A stretch of DNA of 64,000 nucleotides from Takakia lepidozioides. Lineage: Eukaryota; Plantae; Bryophyta. Positions 27,505 to 39,600 of the stretch are shown in pieces. The stretch is taken from assembly GCA_030704615.1 (NCBI GenBank), contig CM060731.1:71362001-71426000 (forward strand), in the 5' to 3' direction. The position numbers and the translations under genes are program-made. The notes under the pieces were generated by a model that was given only the letters and a program-made list of their open reading frames with translations, was not told where the DNA came from and did no database searches. How positions within the stretch are numbered: the first letter of the stretch is position 1; every line of letters starts with the position of its first letter.

Positions 27505-28513
27505 TGTTAGAGGACTGTTGGGGACTTAGGACACTTATACGGGATCTGTGGGTACCCTTAATTTTTGCATAGACTGAGACCAATAGGAGCCTTAGGGGTG
27601 ACAGCAGCGCACTTTAGAGGGGGGTACACAGCCCGTCACAACCAACACAGCCCGTCACAATCCGACACAGCCGACACAGCCAGACACAGTCAACACAGCT
27701 CGTCACAGCAGACACAGCCCATCACAGCCAACACAGCCCGTCATAGCCGACACAGCCACACAGCCAGTCACAGCCCGACAAAGCCGGTCACACCCAGCCA
27801 CAGCTTGACACAGCTGTCACGACCATAGGGAACGGATAGCAGGACAGGGAACGAATGTGGGGAACAACACCTGCGAATGGAACATGTTAGTTCACGGACG
27901 ACGGTTAGAGAGGAAAACGGTTAGAAAACGGTAGGAAGATAAGCTAGGAGCAAGGACTAAAATGAGGATTATTATTTTTTGGAGCACTTCGGGGGGGAAT
28001 CACTGCTGGAAGGAGACGAAGGAGCACTTCTGGGGGAGACTTCGGACATCACTGGGGGAAAGGAGGAGAGAGCGTATCTCTGAGCAGAAAGATGGAGAGC
28101 ACAGAGTAGGAGGAGGATCTGTTGATGCTTAATGAATGCAGGCAGTAGAATTGTAATGTAGAGCAGATTCGAGACTCCATGGCTTCAGCTTGATACTTGA
28201 TAGATATTAATCTGATACACACTTCATACTCACACTGTGTAGAGAGATCTGAGTGAAGCTATGGAATGAATGGATGAGTTGATGGAATCCGATAAATTGA
28301 TGAAGCAAATTGATACTTAATTACCAGCAGTAAGGTAACTAGCTAACATGAATGCGGGAAGGAAAACAAATAGGAAACCACCCCATAATACACTAGCTGT
28401 AGGTCATGACTGATTGTTCTGAGCGGACTGAGTACTTAGAGATTTCCATCTCTTCTATCTTGGATTTTCCGCCTCGAATAGCGAAGGGATGGGTGAGTGA
28501 AAGCTGCGCGACA
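27505..28513 (+). repeat. 3' LTR of A1 (~1.0 kb)
   Basis: TGTTAGAGG...GCGCGACA, with an internal ACAGCC array at about 27625-27820. Homologous to the other family A LTRs. Confidence 0.93.
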
Positions 28514-31500
28514 GGACTTTGTAATGCACCAGCGACCTTTCAGAGAGTGATAAGTCAATATTGTCATGAGTATCTGGATGATTTCATGCAGGTATTCTTG
28601 GATGATTTCAGTGTGTACAGCTCTAAGAATGAGCACTTACATAAACTAGAGTTATGTCTGGCCAGATACAGAATGAGAGGTCTGGGCCTGAATCTAGAGA
28701 AGTGTACTTTCTGTGTGAACTCAACGGTGCTTCTGGGACACATTGTGTCTAAGAGGGGACTTCTTGTGGATCCCAGGAAAACAAAGGCCATTAAAGCCTC
28801 TCCACCACCAGTGAATGTTAAGAGTCTAAGGAGATTCCTTGGACAAACCAGCTATTACAGAAGATTTGTCAGACGGTATGCACAGATTGCAACACCATTG
28901 AGCAAACTTCTGAAGAAAGATGCAGTGTTTGCATGGACACCTAAATGTCAACAGGCTTTTGAGGAACTTACATTGTCAGTAACAACTACACCTGTGCTGA
29001 TTAAGTCCTCACTGGCAGAAAATATTTCATGTTCACTGTGATGCTTCTGGAGAAGCACTAGGAGCGGTGTTAGCCCAAAATGTAACAGGAAGGATAGATT
29101 CACCTGTGTACTATGCTAGCCGATTGATGAACAATGCCGAAAGAAATTATAGCACAACGGAAAGAGAAGCATTGGCAATGATCTATGCAGTGAAGAAATT
29201 CGGGCATTACCTGTTGGGCAAGAAGTTTATGTTCTATGTGGATCACCAGGTTCTGATATACCTGGTAAACAAACCTCTGATAAGCGGAAGAATAGCAAGA
29301 TGGTTCATAATCTTGCACGAGTTTGAGTTCGAGGTTGTTTACAAGCCTGGGAGACTGCATCTTGTGGCGGATCACTTGTCACGGTTATCAACAGGAGAAC
29401 CAGCCACAGGAGTAGATGATCAATTACCAGATGCCAGTCTATTTGCAGTGGAGGTGCAGGGAAGTGTAGATGACTGGTTAGATTGGCAGTGGCCAATCAG
29501 ATACTACCTTGCTCATGGTCAGTGCCCACCAAGTTATGGAAAGGAGCAGAGAAAGAGAATTGCTATCAAGGCTCTACCTTACACTATGTAGGGAGGAGAA
29601 TGTATAAGCTAGGACCAGATGGAGTGTTGAAGCGATGCTTATACCACCATGAAGTTAATAAAGTTTTGGAGGAAGTTCATAAAAGAGTGGCAGGAGGTCA
29701 TTTTGGAGAAGAGACTACCAGCAGGAAAATACTACATGCAGGTTACTGGTGGCCTACTTTGTTCAAAGATGTACACAAGTATTGTCAGAGTTGTGATGAA
29801 TGTCAGAGGCTCGGACCTTTGCAGAGATCTGGGAAAATGTCTTTGCATCCTACAATGCCTACGAAACCATTTCAGAAATGGGGACTAGACTTTGTTGGAC
29901 CAATTGACCCACCAGCCAAGAATACACAGAACAGGTACATAATTACAGCCACTGATTATACTACGAAGTGGGTGGAAGCTAAAGCTTTGAGGGACAACAC
30001 AGCCAAGTCCACAGCAAGGTTTCTGTATGAGAACATACTTACACGATTTGGCTGTCCCTTGGAATTTATCAGTGATCAAGGAAGTCACTTCATTAATGAG
30101 ACCATTGAATTATTGACTAAAGAGTTCATGATTGTGCATAGGAGGAGTACAACATATTACCCACAGGGTAAGGGCAGGCAGAGGCTACCAACAAAATACT
30201 ATGTACTATCTTGGCTAAGATAGTCAATGCAAACAGAACGGATTGGGATACAAAGCTGCTGACAGCTTTGTGGTCATACAGGACTTCATATAAAGTCACC
30301 ACTAAGTATACACCATTCCAATTAGTTTATGGTATGGAAGCCTTACTTCCAGTGGAATTCCTGTTACCTACCATGAGAACGGAATGGGGAAAGAGAATGG
30401 AATTGCAAGATTACATTAAAGTCAGGAAACATGAATTATACCATGTGGAAGAAGTACGTGCTGATGCAGCTGATAATATGACCAGAATTCAGATGAAGAG
30501 AAAGGAACAGTTTTGAAGGCAAGTTAAAGACTTTTAAGACGGGAGATTTGGTTCTATGGTTGCAGAAGAAGAAGGAAAGATTAAAGCTTCTAAGCTTAAA
30601 TCACCATGGAAAGGACCTTATGTCATACAAAGATGTATGATAACAACACCGCCATGTTACAAACCATTAACAAAGAGATGCTGGGAAGAGTCAATGCTAA
30701 TAAGTTGAAGGGATACAGTGGTATCCATGACAAACCATTGCAGCATGATTTGCATGTTGAAACGCAAAAGCAGTCACGGGCTGCGCCAGTGTTACCAACG
30801 GAGTATGAGCACTTGTCGCTAGGCCGAGCATATATGACAAGGGCGGCAGAACAAGCGTGACACAGCCTATCACAGCCCATCAAGGCGCGACACAGCCTAT
30901 CACACATCACGACGTGACACAGCTATCACAGACGGCGCGACACAGTATCACAGCCCAGCACGGCGCAACACAGCCTATCACGACCTACCATAGGTGTCAG
31001 TCACAGCTTACCACAGTATCACAGGCTATCACAGGCAGTATCACAGCTACACGGTACCACAGTGTCACACACAGCCTGTCACAGCTAACACAGCCTACTA
31101 GGGTTACACAATCCATAGAATCAGTGACAGGTGGACGCAGGATAACTTCAGTGAAATGGCCGGCGGAAGAAAGGACGGAAGCCAGTTTAGAAAAGGGACA
31201 CGTGGAAGTCAGGGCGCAACACACAGCTGAGAAGGAAGTGCAAGAACGGATGTCATCAAGAAAGAGGACAAGAATGGCCGTCAAAATACCTAATAGCGCG
31301 TCAAATTGGATGAATGGCGGGCCCATTAATGAATACAGAAAAGGGGCAACAGAACAAACGGCAAGTACAGAAAAGCGAAATTCTTGTCACATGTGTTATC
31401 CTAGTGGACAGTCCAGCAGGGAAAGTCCACTAAAGAAAATTAAATCTGAAAATCCAGTCACCGGCGTTACAAGCCCCAAGAAAAGCCAGAGAATGTATCA

Positions 31501-34500
31501 ATAAATTGGAGGGAACTTAAGCGCAAGAGTCGGCGTCGTTCCGTTTTCTGCTTTGTGTCCCTGCAGTCATTTCTTCATTGTTACCACAAGCCAAAACATT
31601 GCCTTTGGGGTCTAGAATGAAGAGAGTGAGAGAATGGAGGAAATCAGGGTGAAGAGCACCACAATCCTGCAGAAACAAACGATTTCTACTCCACAGGGGG
31701 TATTAGTTACTGAAGAGCTGCGATTTGCAAGGATTGCAAAGCAAAGATTGGACATTGCAACCATAGACAGTACATGTTACAATTCTTTTCTTGCAGAACT
31801 TTTGAGCCAAGGAACAGATGAGCAACGACGGTGAAGGGAGTTGAATTAGTAATTCTTCCCCTATACCTACAGCATTGTTCGCATTGCCAGCAGGCCAGGT
31901 GCATGTGGAGGAGCACAGGGCAAGACTGCAAATGGGGACTATTCCAAGAAGGGAAGTTTCTTTAAAACTCAGGGTTATGCTTGTACCAGGCCGTTACCCA
32001 GGGCTAAAGGAGGTAGGCCAGGTATTGACGTTCTGTTTGCCATGAAACAGAACCAACAGTATTTGAGCAGATCCTTGCATAAGGAAATACTCAAAGCCCT
32101 GAGAGGAGAAGAGGTAGACTGGGTGGACATAATGTACACTCTGGTAGAGAATGAAAAGATTACAGGGTACTGCCGCAAAGTTCTCCTATCATAGTGTCTG
32201 CCCAATCATTGCTCGAATAATTCTTGATTCTGGCATACTGATGCGCGCGAAAGAAAGGAGATGGGAGTGTTTCGAGCCAGGAAACCACTGCAATTGGAAG
32301 ACCAAGGCTCTTCACACAGTGAGGGTGGCTGGCAGGGCAACCCGAGCATAAGAGACAGAGGCGGGGAAAGACTGTAGTGGCGGATTCACTGTCTTCACGG
32401 AATCCGCATGATAATGTTTCCCAAGTTTTTTGTGCAGAAGGGGCCCAGCAAAGCACAGAGAACTTGCTATTACTGGAAGCAATGACCTTCAGAGAGGGAA
32501 GAGGAAGTTACTTCAGTATCACATCCATCACAGCCAGACGATCGGCTTGTCACAAGTTCCACCACAAGTTGTCCATGCAGGTCAACCAGATAATAATTGA
32601 TTTAGAAAAAGAATGGTTAGATATTCCACTACAGAACATGGTGGTGGCAGAAAATTGAGAGGGGACCTTCTCTATGAATATTCTGCTATGGTCAAGGACA
32701 CAGGAATTCCAGAGGTGCAATGGTTGTCCAAGGGAAACCCTGTCGGTGATATAATACACAACCACCTGTGACGGAGGTACCAAAGGAGAATGTCAAAACA
32801 CTGCAGCACCGGTGACGATCGTGGTTGTAAGGCATCACACTGTTGAGGATCAGGGAGAACAGCAAGCAAGCTCACCAAGATAACCCTCAACAGGTATGCT
32901 TATGAGTTCCAGACAGGACACTGAATTTGTTGGGTACTTATGTCAAATCCTGTTCCCACTACTCATTGGCAGCTTTGAGGAGGAACTCAGGAAAGAGTTT
33001 GAGGCTCGACTGCAAGAGAATGTGCAAACAAGGTCGATGAAGATGTCACTCTCAAAATGCAGCAAGACTTGAGAGTACAAGAAGCGGCTTTGGCAATTGG
33101 CCAAAGAACAATTGATTGAGCAAGCCTCGCACAAGACCACTTGCACGAAGCACATAAAGCACAGCTATACCAATGCAGGTGAAGCATGAAAGCAAGTTGC
33201 AAGAAGTGAATAGCATTACATAGGGTTTCAGACAGTGCATGACAGATGACCATCCAATGTGCTACACTCACAACTATCTTGACCAATCTACCACAGAAAT
33301 AAACAGTCAAGCGGAAGATGTACGAAGGCAGAGGAAGAGAATGTTTAACAAATGAAACTCATTGTCGATATGAAAGTACAATATGTCGCAATGAGGATAC
33401 TTTCAAGCAATATAGACAGGTTGAAGCTGACCAAGAGAGGCACATCCTGGAGTTGCCACAAACGGTCATGATGGCCAATAGAAATGAAATCTCAGGTCAC
33501 TAACAAGGCTTGGAAGGAAGCCAATAATCTGCTTGCGGCCTATGCGAATTTGTTTGAACCCCATGCGAAGCGCATGGAGGCTTTACAACAGCAGTTAGAT
33601 GTGTACAAACTCAGAGAGGAGCACACTCTCAAGGAACCACAAGCAACTTGGTGGATAACCACCTTATGCAGGTCTGGTTTAGACAAGGCCAGTGGAGGGC
33701 AAAGCACCACGAAGCTCACCCAAAGCGAGATGAATGAGCTCAGACTGCAAGTGCAGAACATTGCCACAACTACTAAAGACAATGTCTATAGTAGGACTAG
33801 CGGAGTTAGAGGAGGATGTAGACGGACTGCAATACTCAAGTGGAGGACCTCACTTCAAATATCGACAAAGAGCCTATATACCAGAGGAACAGTAATGGCT
33901 TCTTATTTACAAGCCAGAACTTTGGGTTTTCAGTCTTCTTCACATGAGGTGGCAGGAGATGCCAATGATACAATAGCCAGTGCATAACACCACAACAAGT
34001 CACTGTGCCAGTAGCTGACCCTGTTTGTTACTACAGGCCACACCACAGCCACCACAGCCTCAGGATGGGGAATGCTGCTTTTAAACCCACCTAAAAAATC
34101 CACTGCAAGGAGTACAGTAGGGCTATGATTATGCTTTTCAACCAAATTCCCATTATGTTAGGTTTGGCTAGGAAAGAATTTTATCCTCCTCAGTCATTCG
34201 CACATTACTATCAAATCATGCGCATTTTGGCTGCCATTCTTCCTAACAATCGACCAATGAGGATCATCACTTTGCACAGTACTGGCATGAGGAGGTAACC
34301 ATGTTAAAGGAATTAATTTCCTTCCACGTTGACATGGATCATTTATACCAAGACCAAGGAGGTAGCAAGTATTGTCCATGGGATGCGGGTTTTCTGGTTT
34401 ACGTTACGTTATCACATTGAGCAGCACAAGATGCAATCGCGGTTTCTGAGTTATTCCAGTGGGGATCATTGGGTCTTACCTTCAGTGCCACCTCATATGT

Positions 34501-36128
34501 ACCTATATGAGGCAAAAGTTATGATACAAAAGATTCTCAAATTCGTTCATGGTTTCATGCGGCCTGGAACAATTTGTCAACAACAGAATTCGGCATTGAT
34601 GATATTTTCTATAAGGGACATGAGGCATGGAAATACTTGCACAATTCACCAAGTCATTGGTACCCCCACTCACCTGGACAGACAAGGAGCTCAGGGTCTT
34701 CACCAATTTTGCCATTCAGCGTTTACAGCAAGTTTTAAAATATAAACTTCCAGACATGGTAGGACAACATTGTATGCCCCAGAGGATTCCCACGAAAGTT
34801 TGACAATTAAACACATGAGAGGCGATGAGGATTCTGATACAACTGTTTCTTCAGCGGATTCTTTTGACATGGGAGAAGACTATGCAATTCAGATGGCAGA
34901 GAAGAAGCGACGGGGGTCTCCTATGCCTGAAGGTTACCTCGATATCAGCCTCCAGAGGGCCTCACATATCCAGGTAGTGTTTCAATCATCTCCGTCAAGT
35001 GCAGTCCTCGGGCTCGTACACACAGTCCGCCACGAACTCTCAACGTCAGAAAGGTGCTCGCTCACAAACGTTTGCTAATCCCAATCAGTAAACCGTGAGG
35101 ACACGGCTTTTTGAGAGGGGAAGGGGTAATGTTAGAGGACTGTCTGGGACTTAGACACTTATACGGGATCTGTGGGGTACCCTTAATTTTTGCATAGACT
35201 GAGACCAACAGGAGCCTTAGGGGTGACAACAACGCACTTTAGAGGGGGGTTACACAGCCTGTCACAACCAACACAGCCCGTCACAGTCCGACACAGCCGA
35301 CACAGCCGCCACATCAAAGCCACACACCAACACAGCTCTTCACAGCTCCACACACAAACCCGACACACATCACAGCCAACACAGTCGTCACAGTCCGACA
35401 CAGCCCGACACAGCCAACACAGTTGCAGAGCCAGTCACAGCTTGACACAACTGTCACGACCATACGGATAGTAGGACAGGGAACGACTGTGGGGAACAAC
35501 ACCTGCGAATAGAACATGTTAGTTCATGGATGACGGTTAGTGAGGGAAACGGTTAGAACAACGGGTAGGAAGATAAAGCCAGGAGCAAGGTCTGGAAAAG
35601 GATCGATTCTTGGATCACTTCGGGAAGGAGGCCAGAATCACTTCTTGGAGGAACTTCGGACATCACTGGGGGGAATGAGGAGAGAGCGTATCTTCGAGCA
35701 GAAAGAGGGAGAGCACGGAGTAGGAGGAGGATCTATTGATGCTTAATGAATGCAGGCAGTAGAATTGTAATGTAGAGCAAATTAGAGACTCCATGGCTTC
35801 AGCCTGATACTTGATAGATATTAATCTGATACACACTTCATACTCACACTGTGTAGAGAGATCTGAGTGAAGCTGTGGAATGAATGGATGAGTTGATGGA
35901 AATCCGATAGATTGATGAAGCAAACTGATAATTAATTACCAACAGTAAGGTAACTAGCTAACATGAATGCGGGAAGGAAAACAAATAGGAAACACCCCCA
36001 TGATACACTAGCTGTAGGTCATGACTGATTGTTCTGAGTGGGCTGAGTACTTAGAGATTTCCAACTCTTCTATCTTGGAGTTTCCGCCTCGGATAGCGAA
36101 GGGATGGGTGAGTAAAAGCCGCGCGACA
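28514..36128 (+). mobile_element. Ty3/gypsy family A, copy A2 (starts mid-RT)
   Basis: RT from GLCNAPATFQR, then RNase H, integrase, tandem array, a heavily indel-damaged 3' ORF (about 31545-35091), PPT and 3' LTR. Confidence 0.93.
35130..36128 (+). repeat. 3' LTR of A2
   Basis: TGTTAGAGG...GCGCGACA, directly after the PPT. Confidence 0.93.
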
Positions 36129-36672
36129 ACTGCGTAAGTAATATTGCGAGCGTATAGTCTGTTAGTTCCTCCATAGCTTCAAAGCTATAGCATTGATGGT
36201 TTGTCCCGTCGAGACGCCCGTTACTTAGAACGACGCTGACTCTTGCGCTTAAATTCCCACCAATTTCTTGATCCCTTTTCTGGCTTTCGATTGGCTGTAA
36301 CCGCTGTGACTGGATTTTAGATTTAATTTTCTTTAGTGGACTTTCCCTGCTGGACTGTCCACTAGGATAACACATGTGACAAGAATTTCGTTTTTCTGTA
36401 CTTGTTGTTTGTTCTGTTGCCCCTTTTCCGTATTCATTAATGGGCCCGCCATTCATCTGAATCGACGTGCTAATTAGGTATTTTGACGGCCATTCTTGTC
36501 CTCTTTCTTGATGACATCTGTTCTTGCACTTCCTTCTCAGCTGTGTGTTGCGCCTTGACTTCCACGTGTCCCTTTCTAAACTGGCTTCCGTCCTTTCTTC
36601 CGCCGGCCATTTCCGTGAAGATATCTTGCGTCCACCTGTCACTGATTCTATGGATTGTGTAACCCTAGTAGG

Positions 36673-39600
36673 CTATGTTAAGCTGTGACAGACTGTGTCA
36701 TACTGTGGTACACCGTGATAGGCTGTGATACACTGTGGTAAGCTATGATAGACTGTGACACGCTGTGGTAGGTTGTGATATGCTGTGTCGCGCCTTGATG
36801 GGCTGTGATAGGCTGTGTCATGTCGTGATGGACTGTGACAGGCTGTGTTGCGCCTTGATGGGCTATGATAGGCTGTGTCGCGCCTTGATGGGCTGTGATA
36901 GGCTATGTCGCGCTTGTTCTGCCCGCCCTGGTCATATATGCTCGGCCTAGCGTCAAGTGCTCCATACTCCTTTGGTAACACTGGCGCAGCCCGTGACTGC
37001 TTTTGCGTTTCAACATACAAATCATGCTGCAATGGTTTGTCATGGATACTACTGTACCCTTTCAACTTATTGGCATTGACTCTTCCCAGCATTTCTTTGT
37101 TAATGGTTTGTAACATGGCGGTGTTATTATCATACATCTTTTGTATGACATAAGGTCCTTTCCATGGTGATTTAAGCTTAGAAGCTTAAATCTTTCCCTT
37201 CTTCTGTAGCCATAGAACCAAATCTTCCGTCTTAAAAGTCTTTAACTTGCCTTCATCAAACTGTTCCTTCCTTTTCATCTGAATTCTGGTCATATTATCA
37301 GCTGCATCAGTACGTACTTCTTCCACATGGTATAATTCATGTTTCCTGACCTTAATGGAATCTTGCAATTGCATTCTCTTTCCCCATTCCGTTCTCATGG
37401 TAGGTAACAGGAATTCCACTGGAAGTAAAGCTTCCATACCATAAACTAATTGGAATGGTGTATACTTAGTGGTGACTTTATATGAAGTCCTGTATGACCA
37501 CAAAGCTGTCAGCAGCTTTGTATCCCAATCCGTTCTGTTTGCATTGACTATCTTAGCCAAGATAGTACATAGTATTTTGTTGGTAGCCTCTGCCTGATCA
37601 ATTCCAAGGGACAGCCAAATCGTGTAAGTATGTTCTCATACAGGAACCTTGCTGTGGACTTGGCTGTGTTGTCCCTCAAAGCTTTAGCTTCCACCCACTT
37701 CGTAGTATAATCAGTGGCTGTAATTATGTACCTGTTCTATGTATTCTTGGCTGGTGGGTCAATTGGTCCAACAAAGTCTAGTCCCCATTTCTGAAATAGT
37801 TCAGTAGGCATTGTAGGATGCAAAGACATTTTCCCAGATCTCTGCAAAGGTCCGAGCCTCTGACATTCATCACAACTCTGACAATACTTGTGTACATCTT
37901 TGAACAAAGTAGGCCACCAGTAACCTGCATGTAGTATTTTCTTGCTGGTAGTCTCTTCTCCAAAATGACCTCCTGCCACTCCTTTATGAACTTCCTCCAA
38001 AACTTTATTAACTTCATGGTGGTATAAGCATCGCTTCACCACTCCATCTGGTCCAAGCTTATACATTCTGCTCCCTACCATAGTGTAAGGTAGAGCCTTG
38101 ATAGCAATTCTCTTTCTCTGCTCCTTTCCATAACTTGGTGGGCACTGACCATGAGCAAGGTAGTATCTGATTGGCCACTACCAATCTAACCAGTCATCTG
38201 CACTTCCCTGCACCTCCACTATAAATAGACTGGCATCTGGTAATTGATCATCTACTCCTGTGGCTGGTTCTCCTGTTGATAACCTTGACAAGTGATCCGC
38301 CACAAGATGCAGCCTCCCAGGCTTGTAAACAACCTCGAACTCAAACTCGTGCAAGGTTATCAACCATCTTGCTATTCTTCCGCTTATCAGAGGATTGTTT
38401 ACCAGGTATATCAGAGCCTGGTGATCCACATAGAACATAAACTTCTTGCCCAACAGGTAATGCCCGAATTTCTTCACTGCATAGATCATTGCCAATGCTT
38501 CTCTTTCCGTTGTGCTATAATTTCTTTCGGCATTGTTCATCAATCGGCTATCATAGTACACAGGTGAATCTATCCTTCTTGTAACATTTTGGGCTAACAC
38601 TGCTCCTAGTGCTTCTCCAGACGCATCACAGTGAACATGAAATATTTCCTGCCAGTGAGGATTAATCAGCACAGGTGTAGTTGTTACTGACAATGTAAGT
38701 TCCTCAAAACCCTGTTGACATTTAGGTGTCCATGCAAACACTTCATCTTTCTTCAGAAGCTTGCTCAATGGTGCTGCTATCTGTGCATACCGTCTGACAA
38801 ATTTTCTGTAATAGCTGGTTTGTCCAAGGAATCTCCTTAGACTCTTAACATTCACTGGTGGTGGAGAGGCTTTAATGGCCTCTGTCTTCCTGGGATCCAC
38901 AAGAAGTCCCCTCTTACACACAATGTGTCCCAGAAGCACCCCTGAGTTCACACAGAAAGTACATTTCTCTAGATTTAGGCCCAGACCTCTCATTCTGCAT
39001 CTGGCCAGACATAACTCCAACTTATGCAAGTGCTCATTCTTAGAGTTGTACACACTGAAATCATCCAAGAATACCTGCATGAAATCATCCAGATACTCAT
39101 GAAAAGATTCACTTATCACTCTCTGAAAGGTTGCTGGTGCATTAAAAAGTCCAAAGGGCATGACTTTGTATGTATAAGGACCCCAGTCTGTGATGAAAGC
39201 TGTCTTTCCCTGGTCTTCTTCTGCCACTTGCACTTGATTATAACCACTGAAGCCATCCATGAATGAGTACATCTCATGGCCTTCCACAATGTCCAATACT
39301 GCTTCTGTGAATGGCAAGGGAAATGGATCATTCTTCGTGCAAGCATTCAACTTCTTATAGTTCACACAAACTCTTAGTTTACCATTCTTCTTGGGAACTA
39401 TCACAATGGGTGACAACCAAGTTGTATACTCTATTGGGTATATAAACTTAGCCTCAGCCAACTTCTTGATCTCTTCTCCAACCTTCTGTGCATAGTTGGG
39501 ATTCATTTTGTACCTTGCCTGCTTGATTGGTACCGATCCTGGTTCCAGTTCAATCTTATGCTGACAGATCTCAGGTGGTATCCCTTTTAGATCCTCGTAG

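Larger units (their letters stand above)
14555..28513 (+). mobile_element. Ty3/gypsy family A, copy A1 (5' LTR and PBS missing)
   Basis: Begins abruptly in the 5' leader (matches A3 from about 43353 downward). Contains gag-PR-RT-RH-INT, a tandem array, the extra 3' ORF, a PPT and the 3' LTR. Confidence 0.95.

Noticed and set aside
27625-27820. CRISPR-like array
   Set aside because: Degenerate short tandem units with no unique spacers, inside LTRs of a eukaryotic retroelement.
28406-28513. Novel N-termini on ORFs 28406-29041 and 55580-56431 and the C-terminus of 36070-36642
   Set aside because: Chance read-through across LTR/internal junctions.
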